A stretch of DNA of 64,000 bases from Paraphysomonas bandaiensis (lineage: Eukaryota; Protista; Chrysophyceae): the NCBI GenBank assembly GCA_965644295.1, contig CBFFRP010000367.1, positions 31,367 to 95,366 of the forward strand, given 5' to 3'. Positions within the stretch are counted from its first letter, which is position 1; every line of letters begins with the position of its first letter. The position numbers and the translations under genes are program-made. The notes under the pieces were generated by a model. The model had not been told where the DNA came from. It saw nothing but the letters and a program-made list of their open reading frames with translations, and ran no database searches. Below are positions 46,507-57,711 of the stretch, one piece after another.

Positions 46507-47646
46507 ATGGGGAATACCTTCCATAGCAGTAGCCCTGAAGTGAACCCAGATCATGAGTTTTTTGTTGTGGTTGAATCTAGTACACTCCCATATCCTGGTG
46601 GTAACGCTGAGTTTAAACGACGAGTGTCTCAGTCAGAATGGGATGATATGAAAGAAGAAATAAGTCGTCTTCTGAATAGAGGACTGATGTACATTTATGG
46701 TGTGATGGGGATTTCAGCTGTCTCTTTCATTTTTGCTGCTGTCGTAAACATCGCTATTATCGCATTGTGGTTTGTGGCAGCAGCAGCATTCGTCTATTTA
46801 ACTTGTCAACAACGAAGGATCATTGAAACTGTAGTGGCAAAATATAATAAGGCTCTTTTCAAACCTAGAGGAGTGTTGGTACGTATGTGAACTCTGTGCT
46901 TGAACCGGGTCATAATATACATGTTTTCTAGGTGAAGTTTATTTTCGGGGGAAAACATTCTGTCAGTAGACTACATGTTAAAATGGCTTACCCAGCAAAT
47001 GCTCAATCAGCTAACACCCTGTCTTTTGGATCCGATGACGACCTGATAGAGGTTCGTATTATTATTCCTTTATTCACCATTTTAATTTTCACGTCAGGCG
47101 GACTGTCCCGAGTTAGAGAACAAATTCCGAAATGCTAATGCAGAGTTTTCTCGATCCGCCGCTGCTACAGCATTGGGTCCTAGTCAAGCTCCTGTCCAAA
47201 CAAATGTTATACAGGTTCAGGTGCCACCAAATGCACCTCCCGGGTCAACTGTTCAGGTCATACCTCTATAATGTACCAATATGTAGTTGATATACGTCTA
47301 GGTGGTGCACAACGGCACACCTATCAATGTAGTGGTTCCTCCGAACGTGCTTCCTGGTCAGTTGATTACGGTTTCGGTGGTGCCAGCTGCTTCTAGCTAT
47401 CCATCGCATTTTCAACAAGATCCAGGACTTATTCCAATGGTACAACCTACGGCGATATCCACCACACCAGGATACGCTCCTCTAGCACCTGGGTACGCTC
47501 CTTCAACAGCAGGATATACCCCTTCTGCACCAGGATATGGCCCTTCAGCGTCAGGATACACTCCTCTTGAACAGGAGAGAGTAGTTTCAGCGCAACCTAG
47601 TGAACAAACGTATGGCCAACATTATTCTCCTGCAACTAAATACTGA
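46507..47646 (+). CDS. Predicted 2-TM membrane protein with Pro/Tyr-rich C-terminal heptad repeats, multi-exon
   Basis: Hydrophobic hairpin LMYIYGVMGISAVSFIFAAVVNIAIIALWFVAAAAFVYL; VQVPPNAPPG and VVVPPNVLPGQ repeats; PGYAPLA/PGYAPST/AGYTPSA/PGYGPSA. Confidence 0.7.
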
Positions 47647-47679
47647 GTGATGATGAATTATGTATTTGAATTAATAGTA

Positions 47680-48632
47680 CAACTTTGTCGTACGTGTACC
47701 TGGATTACTGTGTTATCGCAGTAGTAACAGACAGTGTAAGAAGTATTCTTAGGCAGCATAGGATATAGTGTTGTCTGCATTAGTAGTTGATTCAAGGCTT
47801 ATTGAAGTACTGCTAAGTATCTTAAGTTGTTATTACGTACCATATATTCAGCACAATTTGAAGTTCGTAATATGACGTGTGGAACTATTCGAACACTATT
47901 GAAGCTTGCACTCAAACCATTAAAGTTCTACCATGAAATGGATCTGATGTATGTCACTCCGTAACTACTTAGGAATTTCGGTAGCCAGTCTGTGCATGGT
48001 GCTTACTTTAATGGTACGTAGTGATTGTTAACCTTAACGTGGCGTTCTGACCATTTCCAACCAGATACGGTCAATCGTGTTACGTATGTTTACAATAATA
48101 GCGTTTTCAGTTGGGAATCTTATTCCGGCCTGACTGAAGGATCAGAAGCGTATATCGAATCTACTCGAGCAGTTTCTTATTTCGAAGCATGGAGTGCGAG
48201 GAACAAAGTTTGAAGTTAATAGCATAACTGTGTCGTACGTGTACCTGATTACTTTATATCTTCCATTCTGCATTAAATAATAATACTTTAAAATATATAC
48301 ACATTTGATATTATATATTCTATTTATTGCATATAAAACTTGAAACCTTGTTACAAAGGGCGTTATTATGCCAGTGAAGTATAAAGTAATAGCTGGAGGA
48401 AAATAAAAGAAAACGAAACATTTCATGTACTGATTTGTTGTCGTTGTGTGTGTATAAGTGTAAATATTATTAATACACAAGAATTCATTTACAATGATTG
48501 CATTTGATTGGTGAGTATGACCGCTTTGGTAAGATAAGACGAGGAATTATATATCCTGCGGACATAGATAAATTAGTATCGTACGAGGTGACCAATGCAT
48601 TCATCAGGCAACATACAGGGATACATACTCTA
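47680..48632 (+). repeat. Rearranged partial duplicate of the propeller-gene 3' end and downstream flank
   Basis: 47680-47985 matches 51128-51390; 47987-48252 matches 50889-51155 (last exons, stop at 48213); 48253-48632 matches 51437-51815. Confidence 0.85.
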
Positions 48633-49024
48633 AAGCCTGTATATTCTCTCCTCTAAGTTGATGCTGGAGTGATTCTACAGTGAAAACACACATACGACTA
48701 TATGATAACTGAACTAAGCAGAGAGGTTGCTTTAGGTGCATTGGAGTCACTCTATGGCATACCTCCCCATCTCTCCACTCTCATTGACTGAAAGTCGAAA
48801 TAGTATGGATGAGTGGAGCAGTGAATATCATGTTATTATTCGTGTATGAGAGGGACAAGGCCACACAACTCTAGCTGGATAGATATGCATGCTGCAGAGC
48901 CCACCATGTCCAGAGTATGTACACGAAGAGTGACAATATGGAGAACACAAAAAAACGGAACACAAGCACAGTTGAAGAAAAAAAATCTGTCCACCATACT
49001 CTGCATATAGGCAGTCACCATCGT

Positions 49025-49333
49025 ATTTTTCGGGAATTAGTTGAAGCAAATATTCTCTAAATTACTGCAATACAACTACGGCTAGAATACAGAGAATTGC
49101 TATCTCAATATATGAGGCATTTTTGTTCAAAAATATACAAACGATGCCCATACGTCTATGTATATAAACAGCAGTCGGTTCATACACTGAGACCTAGGTC
49201 AGCATCTTATTTTTCGGTAATAAAATGAAGCCGAAATATTCTTTATAACTGCAGTATAAATACGGCTGGAACACACATAATTGTTGTCTCAATATTAGAG
49301 GCATCTTTGAACAAAAATATACAAAGGATGCCG
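49025..49333. repeat. Diverged ~125-bp direct repeat (49025-49150 and 49208-49333)
   Basis: tttcgg...gaagc...aaatattct...actgca...tacggct.gaa...tctcaatat...gaggcat...caaaaatatacaaa.gatgcc occurs twice. Confidence 0.75.
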
Positions 49334-49457
49334 ATACCTACAGCACTCTCTATATGCATCTGGATATACTGTCTGTATGTATATATATGTACAGAGGATG
49401 TCGAGGGGTGATGTGCGGATAGGTCAGGCAGGATCTCATCACACTCTTAATCTGGTC

Positions 49458-51115
49458 ATGCGAGCTCATATATTGCTATGTATGGTGTTATGGGGGGCTT
49501 GTAATGGACACACTCTGCTTGATAGGGTACTGTACATCACTCTTATCTCCCCATACGTTAACACATGCTCTCACAGATATCTCACATAGATACCTCTGTA
49601 GCTTCGAACTCCACTCCGACAGCTCGACGTCGACTTACAGGTTTGTATTCTAGCGATTTCTGTATGGTTGTATGGTGTAATGGGGTCGTATAGAGGGGGA
49701 GGAGGGTGTCACGTGGGTTGAGGTGTCTTCCTCCAACGGATGGTCTCGTCGTGCTGCTCATGCCTATCTTGTGTTCCATGACTTCATGTGGATTATTGGT
49801 GGTATTGCCAGTTCTACCGAATCTAACGATGTGTGGTTCAGCGGCGATGGAGTGAGTTGGACAGAGGCAACCTCGGCAGCAGCATGGTCTGCGCGTTATA
49901 CGTTCGCAGCCACCGTATTTCAGGGTCACATGTGGGTGCTAGGTGGACGGTCCGGTGGTATCCTTCGCAACGATGTATGGTTTAGTCCGGACGGTTCTTC
50001 ATGGACTGAGGCCACTTCAAGTGCTGAGTGGGAGGCAAGATATGATTTGCAAGCCGTTGCCTATAATGGACTTCTGTGGGTAACGGGTGGATCTAATAAT
50101 GTGGGTGATGCTAAAAATGATGTATGGTCTTCCTATGATGGCACTAATTGGACAATGGTTACGTCTTCTGCCGCCTTTAGCGGGAGATATGGATTTGGGT
50201 TCTTGGTGCACGATAACCTGATGTATGTATTTTGTGGGAATAGTCATGATGACATATGGAAAAGCGCAGATGGTTATACATGGGAACTTGTCAATCTGAA
50301 TATATTTGGGGGTATTGCACGCGAGGATATTGCATATGCATCCATTGATGATCGAATATGGATCATGGGGGGGTATAGTAATTCTACATATAAAAATGAT
50401 GTGTGGTCGAGTCGTGATGGCGTCATATGGACGCAAGTCACACCGTCAGCGGAGTGGGTGGGGCGGTGGTGGCATCGTGCTGTTACTTACAATAATAAGT
50501 TATGGATTACTGGAGGAGTTGGTTTCAATATATATGATGATATCTATTCGAGTGAATTTTTTGTTAACCGGACCCACAATGTTATTGCTTGCTCTGGAGA
50601 CAAGAATGCAATTGCACTTCCGCCAAATAAGGTTGACAAGAATTTTCCTTGTTTCAACATGCTATGTGCATTACGCGATAATCGTGATCCCTTTGTGTCT
50701 TCTAGTTCCGCATTATATATATTTAATGACAAAAACCATGTTGTCGATGAAAGAGGTATTATATTTTTCTTGATACTTGAATTGAAACTTATTATATTTG
50801 CAATATAATCTAGACTATTCCGAGTGGTTGGATTTGAACATTCCTTATGCATTTTGTGAGGACTTTGTATCTTTAATAGAGGAGAACAAGTCTGTGCATG
50901 GTGCTTACTTTAATGGTACGTAGTGATTGTTAACCTTAACGTGGCGTTCTGACCATTTCCAACCAGATACGGTCAATCGTGTTACGTATGTTTACAATAA
51001 TAACGTTTTCAGTTGGGAATCTTATTCCGGCCTGACTGAAGGATCAGAAGCGTATATCGAATCTACTCGAGCAGTTTCTTATTTCGAAGCATGGAGTGCG
51101 AGGAACAAAGTTTGA
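49458..51115 (+). CDS. Secreted six-blade kelch-like (NDVWxSxDGxxW) beta-propeller protein, copy 1 (5 exons)
   Basis: Signal peptide MRAHILLCMVLWGACNG; exons 49458-49526, 49577-49640 (ends RRRLT), 49694-50755, then two short exons to the stop at 51115. Six W-x2-R...(W/Y)xxxG...(N/D)D(V/I)(W/Y) repeats. Confidence 0.85.
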
Positions 51116-51831
51116 AGGTAATAGCACAACTGTGTCGTACGTGTACCTGGATTACTGTGTTGTCGCAATAGTAAAAGACAGTGTAAGAAGTATACTTGGG
51201 TGCATAGGATGTGATGTTTTCTGCATTAGTAGTTTTTTCAAGGCTTATTGAAGTACAGCGAAGTATCTTAACTTTTTATTACGTACCATATATTAAGCGC
51301 AATTGAAGCACGCGTTCAAACCATTAATTTTACCATGAAATAGATATGATATATGTCAATCCTTAACTACTTTGGATTTTCGGTAATCAGTAGAACTCTC
51401 AACGACAACATATTCAAAGCAAAACGAAAAGTTTTGTTTTATCTTCCATTCTGCATTAAATAATAATACTTTAAAATATATACACATTTGATATTATATA
51501 TTCTATTTATTGCATATAAAACTTGAAACCTTGTTACAAAGGGCGTTATTATGCCAGTGAAGTATAAAGTAATAGCTGAAGGAAAATAAAAGAAAACGAA
51601 ACATTTCATGTACTGATTTGTTGTCGTTGTGTGTGTATAAGTGTAAATATTATTAATACACAAGAATTCATTTACAATGATTGCATTTGATTGGTGAGTA
51701 TGATCGCTTTGGTAAGATAAGACGAGGAATTGTATACCCTGCGGACATAGATAAATTAGTATCGTACGAGGTGACCAATGCATTCATCCAGCAACATACA
51801 GGGATACATACTCTAAAGGGATACATAAGTC

Positions 51832-52140
51832 TGTCTGTGAGCTCATCCACTTCAAGATCGATGACGTCTGGATTATCTTCAGCAAGTACCCAATTGAAAC
51901 ATTAATGTCGATATCAGCTTTAAATGTCGGGGGTAATATGCCGGCCTTACGCCAACAACTTATTAGTGAATCTCGGCTTCAATATTTCTCGTTTTTCCAT
52001 AAATCAACTACAATATTAATAGCATCAAACACAGTTGGCTTCCAACCATAATTCATACCGCAGCATCCCGGTTTGCGACGCTTTGTGGCCTCTTGAGCTT
52101 GAATATAAGTTTCTTCATTATCACACACAGACAACAAATC
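51832..52140 (-). pseudogene. pogo/Tigger-like (Tc1/mariner) transposase C-terminal relic
   Basis: Minus strand DLLSVCDNEE...GMNYGWKPTVFDAINIVVDLWKNEKY*SRDSLISCWRKAGILP, then an acidic WVLAEDNPDV tail; contains an internal stop. Confidence 0.65.
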
Positions 52141-52669
52141 TATCACGGGAATATTTCGTTCTCCTGAGATGGAGGTATTCTACTAGTCGTTTTTCTACTG
52201 TGACGTCTCCGATCGTGCTTCAGATAACCAGTGACGCATCGTTCCATCTTGACACCATAGTTTCTACACCACAGTTCAAAATTCTTTCCACTTGAGGCCT
52301 TCCATTTCTCACATAGCTCTGAATGTCATGTAGATATGTCCAGAGTATGTACTTGACACGAGAAGAGTGACAATATGGAGAACACAAAAAAACGGAAGCA
52401 CAAGAAAAAAAAATATCGGTCCACCATACTCTGGGGGTGGTTGTTCTTTACTTCATGGAAAAAGTCATCGTTTTTTCAGAGAAAAGTCACTTTTTTCACT
52501 TTTCATTGAAAATGACGACTTTTCAATGAATAATTGGGAAATATCGACATGTACAGAGGATGTCGAGGGGTGATGTGCGGATAGGTCCGGTACGAGACAG
52601 GCAGGATCAGTGAGCCACCTCATAAGTAAACAACAAGCCCGATATTCTCATCACACTCTTAATCTGGTC

Positions 52670-54324
52670 ATGCGACCTCATATATTGCTATGTATGGTGT
52701 TATGGGGGGCTTGTAATGGACACACTCTGCTTGATAGGGTACTGTACATCACTCTTATCTCCCCATACGTTAACACATGCTCTCACAGATTTCTCACATA
52801 GATACCTCTGTAGCTTCGAACTCCACTCCGACAGCTCGACGTCGACTTACAGGTTTGTATTCTAGCGATTTCTGTATGGTTGTATGGTGTAATGGGGTCG
52901 TATAGAGGGGGGGGGTGTCACGTGGGGTGAGGTGTCTTCCTCCAACGCTTGGACTGATCGTGCTGGACATGCCTATCTTGTGTTCCATGACTTCATGTGG
53001 ATTATTGGTGGGTTTTTAGGATCTACCGAATCCAACGATGTGTGGTTCAGCGGCGATGGAGTGAGTTGGACAGAGGCAACCTCGGCAGCAGCATGGTCTG
53101 CGCGTTATGCCTTCGCGGCCACCGTATTTCAGGGTCACATGTGGGTGCTAGGCGGACAATCCAGTGTTAGCGTTCGCAACGACGTATGGTTTAGTCCGGA
53201 CGGTTTTTCATGGACTGAGGCCACCTTAAGTGCTGAGTGGGAGGCAAGATATGATTTGCAAGCCGTTGCCTATAATGAACTTCTGTGGGTAACGGGTGGA
53301 TTAAATAATGTGGGTGATGCTAAAAATGATGTATGGTCTTCCTATGATGGCACTAATTGGACAATGGTTACATCTTCTGCCGCCTTTAGCGGGAGATATG
53401 GATTTGGGTTCTTGGTGCACGATAACCTGATGTATGTATTTTGTGGGGATAGCCATAATGACATATGGAAAAGCGCAGATGGTTTCACATGGGAACTTGT
53501 CAATCTGAATATATTTGGGGGTATTTCACGGGCAGATTTTGCATATGCATCCATTGATGATCGAATATGGATCATGGGGGGGTATAGTAATTTCACAGAT
53601 AAAAATGATGTGTGGTCGAGTCGTGATGGCGTCATATGGACGCAAGTCACACCGTCAGCAGAGTGGGCAGGGCGGTCGTGGCATAGTGCTGTTACTTACA
53701 ATAATAAGTTATGGATTACTGGAGGAATAGGTAGTGCAATATATGATGATGTCTATTCGAGTGAATTTTTCGTTAACCGGACCCACAATGTTATTGTTTG
53801 CTCTGGAGACAAGAATGCAATTGCACTTCCGCCAAATAAGGTTGACAAGAATTTTCCTTGTTTCAACATGCTATGTGCATTACGCGATAATCGTGATCCC
53901 TTTGTGTCTTCTAGTTCCGCATTATATATATTTAATGACAAAAACCATGTTGTCGATGAAAGAGGTATTATATTTTTCTTGATACTTGAATTGAAACTTA
54001 TTATATTTGCAATATAATCTAGACTATTCCGAGTGGTTGGATTTGAACATTCCTTATGCATTTTGTGAGGACTTTGTATCTTTAATAGAGGAGAACAAGT
54101 CTGTGCATGGTGCTTACTTTAATGGTACGTAGTGATTGTTAACCTTAACGTGGCGTTCTGACCATTTCCAACCAGATACGGTCAATCGTGTTACGTATGT
54201 TTACAATAATAACGTTTTCAGTTGGGAATCTTATTCCGGCCTGACTGAAGGATCAGAAGCGTATATCGAATCTACTCGAGCAGTTTCTTATTTCGAAGCA
54301 TGGAGTGCGAGGAACAATGTTTGA
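52670..54324 (+). CDS. Secreted kelch-like beta-propeller protein, copy 2 (5 exons)
   Basis: Same exon structure as copy 1; the 3-nt deletion at the start of exon 3 keeps the frame. Confidence 0.85.
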
Positions 54325-55157
54325 AGTTTACCTTCCATTGCCCATGGGAGGCGCTTCTGATTTCGGATATGTAGTTCAGTTTCAGTATGTATTTGAGTTT
54401 AGTATAATCGAAAATAGTTAGTGGATCATATAATATTGGTGTGTGATTGAAGAATCCCACAGTTACAAAACTTATGACTTTGTATGTATAATTGTATTAC
54501 AAATTGTCATTTTTCCATCTTTTCACACGGAGAGGACGCAGGCCTGAGTGTATATCACTTTGTAGAGCTTGCATCCTCTGCATAACCGGTCAAAGCTAAA
54601 CTAGCTGCAGGTTTGGAAACACTTGGACTAATTCTAGGATTATGCCTTGGACAATTCGTATCTGAGAGGTTAAAGATAAAGAAAAATTCGAAATAATAGT
54701 TGTTACTAGTTGCTCCTGCTACTTGTGTCTTGTAGTATCATATTCTCTTGTAGCTGTATTTGCCCCTCTTGAGATTGAAATCTACCCAACCGAATAGCCT
54801 GATTTTGAATACATTGCATCATATAGCTATCTCCACTGCTATTACATGCAATAACAGTGGTATGTAGTATTAGACGACGCGGCAATAGCTGTTGGGTACA
54901 CATTACTCGCAAGTGGGAGATCATCACTTTTCTCATTAAAAGATCACGAAGTTCTGCTAGACCGGACATCGTCTTCTGAAGAATTTCGTCAACAGCGGGA
55001 GGCATCAGATCTTCTTTCTGCTGGGATTCAACGACCCCGCCACCATATTTATGAACAGTACCCTGCTCGTGCGTGTTCATGCAATATACCTCTTAATCTG
55101 GGTCGCCGTCGGATAAGTCGTCACGAATTTCGACTTAATATGATATATTTAAACAAA

Positions 55158-56460
55158 TACTACTACACTTAATATAATATATTTACATAATAATAAAATA
55201 TACTAACCTTTAAGTGCATCAAGTAACTTGCCAATAGCTTGTTGTCATGTGTGCTTTCCATCATTATATTTGTCGTTGTGTACACCGTAGTATACCTCTT
55301 AAATTTAATTACCTATGTGTGTTACCTGTCGCTTCTTACCTCAGAAACGTGTTGTTACATACAAAATCTAAATGAAGGAGCGTAAAGCTCTATGGCAACG
55401 AAATATGTAGCGTTTGTTGACAGTTTGAAGTGGTTTTTATATGTGTTTATATCTCAGTAGGGAATGCATTATTATTAGCAATATATATAGACGTGTAGAA
55501 AATAGATCACTTTCGATCTATTAATCAAAGCAAACGCAGTGAGAAAGCCGAATGTTGATATAAGCTATTCTCGGATTAATTATCATTTTAAGAGTTCTTG
55601 ACATTTCTTGAAATACACACCCTCAACAAAGTCGGACTCGCACTTTTCGCGGTGTTCTGGGGGTAAGTACCTGAGATACTTCTTCGGAAAACACTAACTG
55701 AGCCGCATATATAGTCAGCAGATATTGCTCTTCCCACTCATAGCCAAATGCTTGTGTGGTACAAGGGACACGAATAAGTGTCATTTCTGTAGACGTATTT
55801 AATAAATAGGCATCCGGGAGTGGGCCCACCTCAAGAGTAACCGACGTATTGGACTGCCTGCTGAAGTCAAGCATCCGGCCTTTCACCTTAAGGACTCAAA
55901 AATCCTGAAGTCAGCATATGTTAGGTATAAGTCGAGATAATACCAAAACCGGGTAATATGTATAAAACCTGGTGAAATTTTTGATGATGCACAATGAAAA
56001 TATTATTAATATATTAGTGTGAAGAATATTGTTTACTACTTTTTTACATATTACTTCAGCAATAAAAAAGTCACACCGACTACACATATATATTATACAG
56101 AACAAGCTCTTCCGTCAAGCATAGAGCTATTCTTTGTACAATACCCCACTACTATGTCAACGTTTTCCGGTCACAACATTCTCAGGTTAGAGCGCGTCTT
56201 AATCCACGCATTCCGTTGTTGTAGGCTCTGTCATTTTATCTCCCATTGCTGTTTTTCAGTCCTTTTCTTTGACGAAAAGTTACTGTATATATATAAAACA
56301 AACACCACCACTTAATATATATAACGTTTACATAATGGTATACTAACTTTTAAGTGCCTCAAGTAACTTGCCGCTAGAGGTTGATGTCCTACTGTCTGTC
56401 TCCTTGTCATGAATCATTATATATATTAGATGTCGCTGTGTACCTGAGTATATACATCTT
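55158..56460. repeat. Diverged ~150-bp direct repeat (55158-55310 and 56300-56460), probably TE-derived
   Basis: cacttaatata...tttacataat...tatactaac.tttaagtgc.tcaagtaacttgcc...tcattatat...tgtcg.tgtgtac occurs twice. Confidence 0.65.
55506..55930 (+). mobile_element. Structured retroposon copy F (55620-55930) with its continuation inverted at 55506-55560
   Basis: CCCTCAACAAAGTCGGACTCGCAC at 55620; the reverse complement of 55506-55560 matches copy A 23967-24021. Confidence 0.85.
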
Positions 56461-56650
56461 ACATTATTTGTTGATTAAATAAACTCTCTCTGTTCGTCAG
56501 GTAAAAAGATCAATCTGACTCTTGAATAACTAATCGTGGAGGGATGCGCTCCTCCACGATTAGTATTCACTTGGATATAATACTCTTTTCTAACAGTAGT
56601 GTTGTAGAGTATAAATAAAATACATAAATTTTATGTAATCTTGAATAAAA

Positions 56651-57072
56651 AATACTCCAAGTACTCCAGAGGCGACATCCACCCCAAGAATTCTATCCTC
56701 TGCAAGAGTCCGAACCCGACAGAGATAAGCGCCACCACTCCGGAAACAACTCCTCCTTACTTGTGGTCAAAATCCCACCTCGACAACCAGCACCATCTCC
56801 ACCACCGACTTACACTCTCATATACATCTAGCCCCAACCACCCCCCGCATAACCCATGGCACAGGCCCGCCAGACACACTGCCCAAAGGCAGACCCCCCG
56901 ACTATCCTCACTACAAGGGACGGTTGCACCATGGTGCTCGCAGCGATGCACAAGCAGTCCCGAGACGGTTGCCCGCCACTAGTAGTACATAGCAAGCCCA
57001 GTTTAGTCAGTCCATAGATATAATACTAGTTTCTGTACACAACCGTTGTCATGTAATCATCAGACTTTCATA
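56651..57072 (+). mobile_element. Non-LTR insertion (copy H), probably 5'-truncated, with a perfect 19-bp TSD
   Basis: TATGTAATCTTGAATAAAA at 56632-56650 and 57073-57091; carries the family 3' junction motif and ends AATCATCAGACTTTCATA. Confidence 0.8.
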
Positions 57073-57711
57073 TATGTAATCTTGAATAAAACGTGCGCAA
57101 CATATCCGACTGTTGTTATAATCTCGCATTGACAAGAACTTGAAGTTCTTCATAGACACACAACCATTAAAATTTGAATTCGATAATAGTTCACAATATT
57201 TTTGTCTAATCTCATCATGCTTGCATATAATTCAAATTTAAGAGGGTAAACTAAGATTTATAGCTAGTTTTAGTATTAAATGAAAGGTACACCTCGTATT
57301 ATTAGAAATTAGAGGGTAAAGATTGATTATATAAACTTCACATGAAGGATAAGGCCTAATAGTATAATAGCAAGACACGTTTGAACTAGGCGTTAGCACA
57401 ACACACGTTTGCGTATGTTGTACAGTCGCGTATCATATATAATCTGGTAACTATTCAGTCAATTGATACTTCATTGTTCATTGTATATATGTGTTGTATT
57501 GACGCGTTAAGAGATATATGTGAATCAATGAATCTAAATAGGTAATAGGGTAGCTACTCAATATTCGCAGGAAGTACTAAATTATCAAGCATGTTGACTA
57601 CATGTAATAAGATGTGGTTCGCATTTACAATAACTACGCACGTAACACGGAGCTTTTTACCACGAATCATCACATTACCATCTACTATCTAATATATATT
57701 TCACATATACG

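Noticed and set aside
49723-54017. Diversity-generating retroelement as the cause of propeller variation
   Set aside because: There is no RT in the window, no template repeat, and the substitutions are not adenine-specific.
56945-56985. Helitron-like 3' end (hairpin followed by CTAGT)
   Set aside because: Family homology continues ~90 bp further and the insertion has a 19-bp TSD, which Helitrons do not make.
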